From assembly GCF_006345805.1 (NCBI RefSeq), contig NC_043004.1, positions 28,582,001 through 28,646,000 on the forward strand: a DNA stretch of 64,000 nt. Direction: 5' to 3'. Within the stretch, counting starts at the first letter, position 1, and every line of letters starts with the position of its first letter. Source of the stretch: Octopus sinensis. Its lineage: Eukaryota. The notes beneath the pieces were generated by a model, which was not told the origin of the DNA, did no database searches, and saw only the letters and a list, made by a program, of their open reading frames with translations. The position numbers and the translations under genes were made by a program. Positions 1-11,199 of the stretch are shown here, in pieces.

Positions 1-920
1 ACTTCATCTTTAGAATAAACTATAAAAATCCATAAGTAAATCTATAACAGCTGTAAATTGAAAGGAACCTACTCTTTGTATACTAACTGGTATGTTTTTT
101 TAACGTATCCCAATACTATAGCTTTTGAAAATGTTTCAACAGACTAACATCGCTCACCAATTTTCTTTCTACTTACATTTATTCACTTTTTTAATTTTCT
201 TTTGCTTTCAATAGCCAAGAAATAAAATAATTTTTAAAATTTAATTTCTAACTATTTACTTATACTTGAACATCTATTAATACTTCTGCTAATAAAAATA
301 AGTTTGATATTGCTTCTTTCTGTAGGCATATGACCTGAAATTTTGAGAAGAGAGGTCTTCGACCCCAGTGCTCAACTGGTATTCATTTCATCGACCACGA
401 AAAGATGAAACGCAAAATCGACCTCAGTATTCTAAACCTGATACGTATTTTATCGGTAGTCTTACTGAACCTATAAGTTAAGGGGATGTAAACAAGCCAA
501 CAGTGGTTTGCAAGCGATAGTAGTGATGAGAGGCAAATACAAGTACAAACACACACACACACACATCCCGGATTCGGCATATATATTTACCCACTATTTA
601 AGCATAATAATTTTCACATGCTTTAAACATAAATTGAAACATTCTCATTCGCAAAATATTTGCAAACGTCGTATAACAGTTCCTAACATTATTTTATTGT
701 TTACTCTTAATTATATATGACGGCTCAGACTAAACTGGAACAAATTGTATATTGAAAATGATTGGTATAAAGGAGTATGAAAATAAAATAGTTAAGAATA
801 GATTGGGGGCTATGGTGGTAGCAGAGGGGCGGCCATCTTCAAATATAAATATACGTTAAAATTGTCAATAAATATAACAATCTACCAGTAAATTTGTAAT
901 AAAATAAATAATGGGTAAAT

Positions 921-1324
921 ATAGGAGCAGGAGTGGCTTTGTGGCAAGAAGGAGGTGAGCTGGCAAAAACGTTAGCACGACAGGCGAAATGCGTAGCCGT
1001 ATTTCGTCTGCCGTTACGTTCTGAGTTCAAATTCCGCCGAGGTCGACTTTGCTTTTCATCCTTTCGGGGTCGATTAAATAAGTACCAGTTACGCACTGGG
1101 GTCGATATAATCGACTTAATCCGTTCGTCTGTCTTTGTTTGTCCCCTCTGTGTTTAGTCCCTTGTGGGCAATAAAGAAATAAGAAGCTTGCTTGCTTCCC
1201 AACCGCATGGTTCCGGGTTCAGTTCCACTGCACGGCACCTTGAGCAAGTGTCTTCTACTCTGGCTCCGGGCCGACCAAAGCCATATGACTGGATTTGGTA
1301 GATGGAAACTGAAAGAAGCCCGTT
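921..1324 (+). mobile_element. tRNA-derived SINE family S2, 5' half, interrupted by an S1 SINE
   Basis: Head ataggagcaggagtggct... resumes at 1187 (cttcccaaccgcatggttccgggttcag...gaaagaagcccgt). Matches intact copies at 42389 and 44249. Confidence 0.85.
952..1180 (+). mobile_element. tRNA-derived SINE family S1 nested in S2, TSD aagaag
   Basis: B-box gagttcaaattcc, core ctttcatcctttcggggtcga...aagtaccag, tail taaagaaat. aagaag at 946-951 and 1181-1186. Confidence 0.85.
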
Positions 1325-1349
1325 ATATATATATATATATATATATATC

Positions 1350-1520
1350 AAGATTAATCAACCGAAATTGCGAGGATGATCCGCTTCTTGACTGAAGATA
1401 AAGGCTTCGAATGACCCGTCTGTGTTTTTTTGTATCGTCTATCTGGATGTTTTGTTGTCCCTTTTTGTATCACCTAGTTGTCCGGATGTTTTGCGTTCTT
1501 GTCCTATTTTGTATTTTAAG
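1350..1520 (+). mobile_element. Dispersed repeat fragment, probably Penelope-like terminal repeat
   Basis: Motif gaatgacccgtc...tttgtatc...gttttgcgtt recurs at 28780-28900 (+), and its downstream part at 27115-27195 (-). All copies sit next to (TA)n. The family assignment is inference. Confidence 0.4.
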
Positions 1521-1845
1521 GGCTATCAGCTAGAACGAAAATTATTTGTTTTTTGTTTTTTTTTGTTTCTGGGTTCAAATAACCAAATCAGGGCATATCG
1601 ACCAAAATTGCCTTTTTGGTGTATTGCGGTTAAAAATGATTATCTGCAAGATCTCGCCAGCTTTCAATCAAGGATAACATCCATGGCATCTTCAAATGTC
1701 TTCAGAAGAATATCCAACGAATAATGCATCGTTTAAACTCAAGTTCTCTACTTGTAATCTCTTGGGTTTAAGAACCAGAAAATATGCATTTTAAACATAT
1801 GGGGGGAAACTTCCTAAAATAACAAATTCCCACTCTGGGAACAAT

Positions 1846-1930
1846 GTGGGTCGATTCGTTCGACTAAAGGCGGTGCTCCAGCATGGCTGCGGTCAAATGA
1901 CTGAAACAATAAAAGATCAAAAGAATAAAA
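1846..1930 (+). mobile_element. SINE S2 3' tail fragment
   Basis: gggtcgattcgttcgactaaaggcggtgctccagcatgg...gactgaaacaataaaaga, matching the 3' ends of the 18652 and 42389 copies. Confidence 0.8.
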
Positions 1931-2459
1931 AAAAGTACGTGATTCTGTGTATGTGTGTGTGTGTGTGTGTCTGCTTGTTAAAGTATATGTATGAGTCTCT
2001 TTGAATTCGTGCATGCATCTGTGTACACATACGTCTGTGAGTGCGAGTGCATGTGCGTTCGTGTTTAAATATCTGTATATATGTATTATTATATGTATGT
2101 CAATGTGATTATATTTGCGTCCGTCTGTGTCTGTATATACAAATGTACATGTATATGTGTTATATGAGAATGCAGCCTACTCCTGCAATTGAAGACAGCG
2201 TCAATTATGAAGAATCTCCTAGAGTTTAAACTAAAGAGATAGTCTTCGCTAATGATACAGTTCTAACAACAAAATAGTTGAATTGTATATATAGAGGAAG
2301 GGGAGGAAGGGGAGAAGGAGGAGGAAAGAGGAAAATGCGAAGGAGAAGGGAGGAGGAGGAGAATAGGAAAGAAGGATAGTGTGTAATGATGATGACTTTC
2401 AGAGAAACTTATACGCACTTATACGACACTCACCCTACTAAGTGATATAATTAGCATAA

Positions 2460-2971
2460 TCTATATATATAAAACTGTAGTTGTGTGAGTGTCTGTCCCC
2501 TTCGATTTAGATTCCTAACTACTCCCACATTTTGAGGTGCAGTTTAACCAAATTCGGGTATCTTATAGTCGTGATTCATATCGAGCCCGTCTGAGTATTA
2601 GCGCGCGTCTACGATGAGTCTACGATTTTAAAAATAATTTAACATCATTTTTTATTCCTTTTTAATGCATAATTTTTCGTGTGTCGATGGCGGCGGAGCT
2701 GGCGTCCATGGTCACACCTGCACCTGTTTGCTTCTCCCCTTCTTCCCTCCCTCGTGAAGCTGTGGAGAAGGGAGTGAAAGGAAATCAACGTCGTAAAGCG
2801 TTGTCAAGGAGACCAGCGTTCTTTTAGAACAACGACTTCATGGCTTGAAGACACCAAAAAAGAAATGGCTAAGAAAGCCCGAATTGGCATCTATAAGGGA
2901 AGTAACTCTCTAAAAATGCTTATATAGTTATTTCCCTTACAAACCCGAGCAACGCCGGGCGCTACTGCTAG
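2460..2971 (+). mobile_element. Non-autonomous Helitron (~510 bp)
   Basis: 5' A|TCTATATATATAAAAC; 3' subterminal hairpin cccgagcaacgccggg followed by CTAG|T; inserted between A and T with no TSD. This is the canonical Helitron signature. Confidence 0.8.
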
Positions 2972-3904
2972 TATTCTATAATTCTGTACGGTTTTCATAT
3001 AAAAGCAGTTGCCTAAGAAATACTCAGTTACAAACATTTGAAAATACTCCCTTGAATAAAGATACCTAATCTCATTTGTTGACAATTTTGTAAAGTCCTT
3101 AGTTGCCAGAAGATACCAATGAATGCAATTAGATATGCAAAATGTCATACACTAACCAATGAAATTTTACGTAGTCACTCAACCGCCTAGAAATAACAGA
3201 ATAGCTATTCACGTAGCCCTAGATAAAATTGAAAAGCTCCGATATTCCTCACTAGTCGGTCATTGAAGAGAGACTGTTCGTTCATTGTTGACCTGGGGAT
3301 AAGAACAACTAAGCCGTACACAAATATCTGGGGCAGTTATACCATACTCAATACGTATGTCAACAGAATCAGACAAAGCAGAGCGTACACTCTGACGCCA
3401 ATAAGACAAAACCTTTTCTCACACTTATTTTATTCTAAGTTATGTCCTCCCTTTCCCCTCTTCGGTGGTCTCTTTCATGAGATATGTTTCATCTAACATG
3501 TTGATAATATATTATATCTCATGTCCTATTCATCTTATGACTACTACTGCAGGTAGGGTGACGTCGGTATTTCGACAAGATCTAATATGACTGAAAGACA
3601 GATGTCCGGGTTTGACTACCGTACTTACCGAAATTCTGAAAATAAAGTTACACCTTGATCTAATATATTTTTCTTTCTCACTACAAGAATATTTATAATT
3701 AGAGTTCATTAGAGTTCATTATATTCACTATATTAAAAATGTTAGTCATTACAAGAAATGGGCATAGTCGCACAAACTTGCCACCCGCTTAACTTCTCAC
3801 TGACAGATTTAGAAATTTAGCGGGAAGGAAGTAAAATTCATATTTAACATGCTTTATTGTTTTTTTGTTCTGTTATGTTATTTTTCATTCAAATTTTATT
3901 GCAG

Positions 3905-4003
3905 GTGTCTGACTGCCGCTACCTCTTATGTCCAGCTTCGGTAACAGTTGCACATCTAAAAAAGTTTATTCGAATGAAGTTTTCTCTTTCCCCTCGATAC
4001 AAG
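3905..4003 (+). CDS. BMI1: Internal coding exon (99 bp, phase 0/0) of a BMI1/PCGF2/4-type Polycomb RING finger gene, RAWUL domain
   Basis: ttttattgcag|GTGTCT...TACAAG|gtaagt. Translates VSDCRYLLCPASVTVAHLKKFIRMKFSLSPRYK, which aligns gap-free to human BMI1 [33 protein letters not shown] (recalled). The symbol denotes family membership; invertebrate genes are co-orthologous to PCGF2/PCGF4. Confidence 0.92.
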
Positions 4004-4149
4004 GTAAGTATTTTAAAAAAAACTATACATGAGAGAAAGAGCTGAGTTCAATAAACTAAAACAACTTTTAAACATTTAGATTATTATATTGTTTATGATA
4101 CAATACACACAAGCACAAATACAGACAGGTAGACAAACAGACAGGCATA

Positions 4150-4400
4150 CATGCAAACATACGGTTTGATAATCCAGTACCCAAGATACACTTTCAGCTT
4201 CGTACCTATTATTATTGGAGCAACAGTATACATACCAACCCCTCTGGAGCAAAGCTGAACTTTAGGATCTTGGGAAGAGAACGCAACTCCTTCATTCATA
4301 AGCTGTAAAGGGTCACGGGATCTGAAACTATAAAAACCTGCAAGAACTCCTTAAGATTTAAAAGTTGATGTTTAAAACAAGATGCTTTCCTTCACAATCT
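4150..4400 (-). mobile_element. Decayed 3' coding fragment of an RLE-type (R4/Dong-like) LINE
   Basis: Minus-strand QDPKVQL...GMYTVAPIIIGT resembles the C-terminal KYxDLxxEL...VPIIIG motif. Confidence 0.4.
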
Positions 4401-4531
4401 TGCTACCAAGTGGGTAAGCCGGTTAAATTTTCTTCTAAATTAAAAAGAGAAACAGGACATACATACTTGCAGGCATACATACATACATACATACATACAT
4501 ACATGCATACATGCATACATACATACATACA

Positions 4532-4563
<32 letters not shown>

Positions 4564-4705
4564 AACTTGTGGCGCTAATAATACACACATACACTCTTAT
4601 GAAATACAAAACAAAAAAATACTTTCCATACCATCGCAAGCAGTGGCTGGTTGTAAAATAATATTAGTTTGGATATATGTTTGACTTTGTTATTATAACA
4701 AAAGA

Positions 4706-5380
4706 AAAGGTGGCAAGCTAGCAAGATCCTTAGCACGCCGAGCAAACGCTCAACGGTATTTCGTCCATCATAAAAGGCGGTGAGCTGGCAGAAACGTTAG
4801 CACGCCGGGCGAAATGCGTAGCCGTATTTCGTCTGTCGTTACGTTGTGAGTTCAAATTCCGCCGAGGTCGACTTTGCCTTTCATCCTTTCGGGGTCGATA
4901 AATTAAGTACCAGTTACGCACTGGGGTCGATGTAATCGACTTAATACCTATGTCTGTTCTTGTTTGTCCCCTCTATGTTTAGCCCCTTGTGGGTAATAAA
5001 GAAATAGGTATTTTGTCCATCTTTATGTTCTAAGTTCAAATTCTGCCGAGGTCGACCTTGCCTTTCATCCTTTTGAGGTCGATAAAATATGTACCGGTAA
5101 AACACTGGAGTCGATGTAATCGGCTTAACTACACTCCCCGAAATTGCTGGCCTTGTGCCAAAATTTGAAATCAGTATTACAAGGAAGGAAAAGGCGGTAA
5201 GCTAGCAGAATCATTACAACGTCGAACAAAATGCTTAGTGGGATTTCGTTCGTCATTATGTTCTGTGTTCAAATACCGTCGATAAAGTAAATACCAGTTG
5301 AGCACTGGGGTTGATGTAATCAACATGCCTCCTCCTAAAATTTGCTGGCATTGTGCCAAATTTTAAAATGATTATTATAA
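4706..5380 (+). mobile_element. Tandem cluster of S1-type SINE copies and fragments
   Basis: Repeated heads aaggcggtgagctggcagaa at ~4706, 4773 and 5190. The S1 core recurs three times. Two different tails. Confidence 0.8.
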
Positions 5381-5653
5381 CGAAGGAATATAATCGCTAT
5401 CAATATAACCGTTGGGCGTTGTTCGAAAAACCAACACTATATAACTTTTGACTCGCAAAATAATAAGTAAGTTTAGTTGTATATAATGTCAATATAATTT
5501 ATATAATTTCAAGCTAAACTAAGAATAGGAATGATATGTAGAAGGCAATATGATACATATACTTGCATAATGTTACATATGTGTATGTATGAGTGCGTCT
5601 GTAGAAAATACATGACAAACGAAGATGTACAGGTGTAAATGTGAGTATGTACA

Positions 5654-5942
5654 TGTTGTAGTGAAAATGGTACACTCCTTCCCACGTGAAAAATTGGTAT
5701 GAGGCAGGCAACCACTATAATGTCAGACAGTCAGTCGTTGTAGGAAGTCAGTGCTAGTAAAGTCGTTGTACGAGTTCTTAGTTGGAGTCAGTATCAGTTA
5801 TGTGTTATAGTCGAGTTCGCTTTACAGTCAAGGTAGACGTTACAAAGTCGTTGTCTTACGGAGTTATCAGCGATAGCACGTTAGACGAGTTAAAGGTAAT
5901 GAAACGCTGAATACCGCCACAGCATTAATAGTGGCGACAACA
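5654..5942 (+). mobile_element. Possible solo LTR
   Basis: Bounded by TGTTGT...ACAACA, with agtcagt/agtcgttgt boxes. No matching TSD found, so weak. Confidence 0.3.
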
Positions 5943-6112
5943 ATATTACAGTGCCGACGATAACATACAAGTGGACGAGGATGCGCATTATAACAGTATA
6001 TATGTGTGTTAAAGTTAATCCAAACAAGAAAACACAGGAAAAAAACACAGCAACGCGAGGACGTGGAACAATTAAAGTATTATTTGACGCTCAGGAAAGA
6101 AGGGAAGGAGGG

Positions 6113-6145
6113 TTTAACGTTTCGAGCGGAGCTCTTCGTCGGAAA
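6113..6145 (-). ncRNA. Minimal type-I hammerhead-like motif, variant core CCGACGA, in a Penelope-type terminal-repeat remnant (~6020-6210)
   Basis: Minus strand TTT-CCGACGA-A-GAGC-TCC-GCTC-GAAACGTT-AAA. Stem I TTT/AAA, stem II GAGC/GCTC, palindromic ACGT stem III. Confidence 0.55.
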
Positions 6146-6918
6146 CAAAGGAGAAGGAAAGATCCCGAGAAGGGAAGACAGAGGAAAAAAATATTTTTGC
6201 TGGTGGTGCTCAAGAGATCACATGTTGAAAGAACAGAAGTTGAAAGGTAGTGTGTTACATGGATGTAGTCTTTCGAAATAATATGGTGTTAATAAGTATG
6301 GCACGTTAACGTATACATTAATCCAAGTTTAATTCCATAAATGAACAAAAGTACAAATTCTTCTTTTTACAATGGGCTATCGCTCAACTTCGGCTGTAAG
6401 CAATAGATATTGAGTGAGAGATAAGTACAGGTAAAGATCTGTGCAATGAACAGATATTTATTACAGCTGTATAAATTTAATTTTGTTGAAGGAAGGAAAT
6501 TTCTCCAAAAGGAAAGCAAACACCTTCAATAGGTTTTAACATACAACCTATGAACCATTTGTCCAAAACGGTACCCACTCACCTATTTCACCTCTTCCTA
6601 TTTAAGTATTTTACAATACTTGGCAAAGTGTGATGTTCTGGTGGTGAGGTTAAAGAAAGATAGATAGAGATAGACAGAGGAGGTTGTTGCATTAAGAGAG
6701 AGGCGGGGGCAAATAACGTTTATTTTCTCAGAGTAGAGACACAACGACAGCAAGAAAAAGTAGATACAAACAACAAACAAAGCTGAACTGAAATGAAGTT
6801 AGTTTTGTTTCTGAAAACTGTAGTGATGACGAAGACGACGACGACGACGACGACGATGATGATGATATATTTATAGTGAAAAGTATTTTTTTAATGAATT
6901 AAATCTATATTATCCTTC

Positions 6919-7299
6919 TGGAAGCACTCCGTCGGTTACGACGACGAGGGTTCCGGTTGATCCGATCAACGGAACAGCCTGCTCGTGAAATTAACGTGTA
7001 AGTGGCTGAGCACTCCACAGACACGTGTACCCTTAACGTAGTTCTCGGGGATATTCAGCGTGACACAGAGAGTGACAAGACCGGCCCTTTGAAATACAGG
7101 TACAACAGAAACAGGAAGTAAGAGTAAAAGAAAGTTGTGGTGAAAGAGTACAGCAGGGATCACCACCATCCCTGCTGGAGCATCGTGGAGCTTTAGGTAT
7201 TTTCGCTCAATAAACACTCACAACGCCCGGTCTGGGAATCGAAACCGCGATCCTACGACCGCGAGTCCGCTGCCCTAACCACTGGGCCATTGCGTTTCC
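6919..7299 (-). mobile_element. tRNA(Arg)-like-derived SINE family S3, full length
   Basis: Minus head cgcaatggcccagtggttagggcagcggactcgcggtcgtaggatcgcggtttcgattccc has A and B boxes. Second copy at 38607-38965. Confidence 0.85.
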
Positions 7300-8080
7300 A
7301 CTATATTATTCTTCTACCTGTTTATTCACACTTTAGTTTATTAAGGAAGAAGAGGAGGTGGAGTGAGTGAGAGAGAGAGAGAGAGGAAGAGGGAATGTGA
7401 GAGAGCAGATAGCCAGCCGATGCATTATGGTTAGTGGAAATGAGAGGTGAAGAGAAAGAGAGAAATGTTAAAGACATGGAGAGGGGAATTACATGGTTAA
7501 AAAGTTTGTTCAAGCAGTAGAGAGACAGAAAGAAATATAAAATACTTAACTTTTAAAATCATATAATATATAATTGTGACTAGAAGTGCAATAACATAAC
7601 AAAATAAAAGTTGAAATGCAAATCATCCATTCTTTTTTAAATAGCTTCTCTTAATCTTTTTCGTTCTGTGGAACTTCCACAGGTCCCACTTGTAGTAATA
7701 TAATGTATTTACGTTTCTGGATAGGACTCAGTGCAATTAATGCGAAATTCTCACATCCTTGATATGAGTTGCCATCACTCAGTAAAGAATATGTTGGTGT
7801 TGAATTTACCGGCGAACTAAAATAATTATCTAAAGGACTATTGTAAACCCATTAATATTACCAAAATATCTGTGGCCAAGAGTTTTAAAACTGAAGTTTG
7901 CTGTGAAGTTTCGATTTCCTTGTAAATTTCTCTTCTAGATAAACTGGTTCACCAGTGCATCATTCACTTGTTATGTCTCTTCACATTTCTTGCGATATGG
8001 TACATGTAAACCTAAAAACTATCTTTCATTTCGTAACCAACAAATCTGTTTATAAAACATAATTTGTTTGTACTTTTCAG

Positions 8081-8161
8081 ATTGACATATTCCATACGGA
8101 CGAATCTCTGAGTGACAGTTACACGTTAATAGATATTGCATACATCTACACATGGCGGCGG
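8081..8161 (+). CDS. BMI1: Internal coding exon (81 bp, phase 0/0) of the BMI1/PCGF-type gene, RAWUL domain
   Basis: tacttttcag|ATTGAC...CGGCGG|gtatgt. Translates [27 protein letters not shown], matching BMI1 [27 protein letters not shown]. Not in the ORF track. Confidence 0.93.
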
Positions 8162-8492
8162 GTATGTTTGCAATCAATTTATTCTCTATAATCATCGTCA
8201 TTATTATTCTTATTTTCATTAATTTCTTTTTAACTCAGAGCATAAAAGGCGAAACAAATATCTTCCATTATATGTTCGGGATCTTTACGTTTTGAATTCA
8301 AATCCCATCGAATGGAACTTTGTTTGTCATTCCTTCGTCGTCGACAGAATAAATTCCAGTGAAGTACTAGTGTCGATGTAATAAACTTCTCGTTCTACTA
8401 ATTACTGTTGTTGTTGTTGTTGCTGGTAGTGGTGATGGTGGTGGTCGTGGTGGTCGTCGTCGTGGTCGTCGTGGTCGTCGTCGTCAGCGTCA

Positions 8493-8556
<64 letters not shown>

Positions 8557-8559
<3 letters not shown>

Positions 8560-9183
8560 GGATAGTTGGTTAGGAACATCCTGGCTTCTAATGCACAGAC
8601 ATGCGCTGAGGTCACGCCACCGGCAGAGATACTTGGAAAGTGAACAAGTTTGATCTCTATTTGTAAGTCACACTTTTCCGCATTTCTGGGACGAAAGAGA
8701 ACCAAGATTGTGCACTTTGTATCTAGAATGTTAGGCACTTAATTTCCTTACCAGTTACGTAATGTAGTTGGTGAAAGTTCCACTTCAAGAAAATACAAGG
8801 GATAATCAGTGGGTAAGAGCTATGAAGTTCTCGGGGAAGCTGTTGCCGATAAGCTCGGTAATCTATTTCGGATGTACATAAGTCCGGGTGTCACTGTGGA
8901 TAACCTCCTTGCTAATTTCCTTGCCCTGGTAATACTACTGAGGAACGGAACTAGTTTTAAAATAACTCTAAAGACAGGGAAGCGCTACCTGTAGGAAATG
9001 TCCATAACGCAAGCTTATTGCACGTATTCAAATAGTGCGCCAGTATTGCTGACTTTTGGGGTTTTGTTGAGTAGCTGCTGTCATAATTGGACGGGTCCAG
9101 ATATTGACTGAATCCACCATGAAGATAGCTCCACTACTATTCTTTAATAAGATAAAGCAAGTAGTTTATTATTCTTCTTCTTC

Positions 9184-9227
<44 letters not shown>

Positions 9228-9888
9228 TATTATTATTATTTTATTATTATTATTATTATTAACGGATAGTTGGTTAGGAACATCCTGGCTTCTAATGCAC
9301 AGACATGCGCTGAGGTCACGCCACCGGCAGAGATACTTGGAAAGTGAACAAGTTTGATCTCTATTTGTAAGTCACACTTTTCCGCATTTCTGGGACGAAA
9401 GAGAACCAAGATTGTGCACTTTGTATCTAGAATGTTAGGCACTTAATTTCCTTTACCAGTTACGTAATGTAGTTGGTGAAAGTTCCACTTCAAGAAAATA
9501 CAAGGGATAATCAGTGGGTAAGAGCTATGAAGTTCTCGGGGAAGCTGTTGCCGATAAGCTCGGTAATCTATTTCGGATGTACATAAGTCCGGGTGTCACT
9601 GTGGATAACCTCCTTGCTAATTTCCTTGCCCTGGTAATACTACTGAGGAACGGAACTAGTTTTAAAATAACTCTAAAGACAGGGAAGCGCTACCTGTAGG
9701 AAATGTCCATAACGCAAGCTTATTGCACGTATTCAAATAGTGCGCCAGTATTGCTGACTTTTGGGGTTTTGTTGAGTAGCTGCTGTCATAATTGGACGGG
9801 TCCAGATATTGACTGAATCCACCATGAAGATAGCTCCACTACTATTCTTTAATAAGATAAAGCAAGTAGTTTATTCTTCTTCTTCTTC

Positions 9889-9932
<44 letters not shown>

Positions 9933-10561
9933 TATTATTATTATTATTATTAACGGATAGTTGGTTAGGAACATCCTGGCTTCTAATGCACAGACATGCG
10001 CTGAGGTCACGCCACCGGCAGAGATACTTGGAAAGTGAACAAGTTTGATCTCTATTTGTAAGTCACACTTTTCCGCATTTCTGGGACGAAAGAGAACCAA
10101 GATTGTGCACTTTGTATCTAGAATGTTAGGCACTTAATTTCCTTTACCAGTTACGTAATGTAGTTGGTGAAAGTTCCACTTCAAGAAAATACAAGGGATA
10201 ATCAGTGGGTAAGAGCTATGAAGTTCTCGGGGAAGCTGTTGCCGATAAGCTCGGTAATCTATTTCGGATGTACATAAGTCCGGTGTCACTGTGGATAACC
10301 TCCTTGCTAATTTCCTTGCCCTGGTAATACTACTGAGGAACGGAACTAGTTTTAAAATAACTCTAAAGACAGGGAAGCGCTACCTGTAGGAAATGTCCAT
10401 AACGCAAGCTTATTGCACGTATTCAAATAGTGCGCCAGTATTGCTGACTTTTGGGGTTTTGTTGAGTAGCTGCTGTCATAATTGGACGGGTCCAGATATT
10501 GACTGAATCCACCATGAAGATAGCTCCACTACTATTCTTTAATAAGATAAAGCAAGTAGTT
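8557..10561 (-). mobile_element. Three head-to-tail copies of a ~610 bp 3' fragment of an RLE-type LINE with (AAT)n tails (8557-9166, 9261-9871, 9952-10561)
   Basis: Copies are near-identical; I see only two 1-nt homopolymer indels. With frameshifts the minus strand reads IVVGA..GFSQYL..QKSAIL(G)TIxIR, the terminal motif of R4/Dong-like ORFs, then a ~450 bp UTR and (AAT)n. Confidence 0.7.
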
Positions 10562-10578
10562 TATTATTCTTCTTCTTC

Positions 10579-10626
<48 letters not shown>

Positions 10627-10628
<2 letters not shown>

Positions 10629-11085
10629 GAGTGAGAGAGCAGTTGGAAATGTGACACTGGGGTAAAATATACGAAGCCCAATATACCCATCATGACTACC
10701 CGTCTGATAAAGGTACACCGGACACATGCATCACAACCATATGTGCGCGACATGGTGATCTCATATCAAGATAAACAGCACATGACCTTGCAGGTGGGGC
10801 CCAGTTAGAATTTTCTTCAGGTTGAGTAGCCCATCCCGCTCAAACGGTCCCTGATTAAGGGTTGTTTAAGGATGTTGAAAGAACCACCCATGTTTCCAGA
10901 GGTGAACTATTCAAACCCCAAAGAATCCCTCTCAACGCATGTCTATGATGCTCCCCCACTACTTCTGCTCGTGATCAGAGATGCACATATCGTCAGCCAC
11001 TAAGGGACATGCTCAACTGGTTATGGTCAAACAACTGACAAGCAAATCTGTGGTATTGAGCAGAATATTTGCTGTAGCCCATCTT
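10627..11085 (-). mobile_element. Element B (non-tRNA short retroposon), 5'-truncated copy flanked by (AAT)n
   Basis: Homologous to 47973-48576, 51124-51541 and 51608-51712. Minus 3' end ...ctctctcactc(aat)n. Confidence 0.75.
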
Positions 11086-11199
11086 ATTATTATTATTATT
11101 CATACTCATTGTTCAGCCGTTGATAAACTTGCCTTTTCCGTTTCTAAAGAGACTGTTGTGCTGATCTTGCTATATATATATTTTGTTGGTATCTTGTAT

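Noticed and set aside
1-3904. Further upstream BMI1 exons
   Set aside because: No AG/GT-bounded segment with PCGF-like translation found. Candidate acceptors at ~325 and ~3550 belong to repeats or lack donors.
7230-7299. tRNA-like sequence (also at 38607)
   Set aside because: It is the head of SINE S3 and continues into a shared ~300 bp body. No proper cloverleaf, so not a tRNA gene.
8490-10133. Repeated ORFs (MPNILDTK..., MGKSYEVL...) as a tandem gene family
   Set aside because: They fall in the non-coding part of the triplicated LINE fragment and run into (AAT)n. No splice or domain support.
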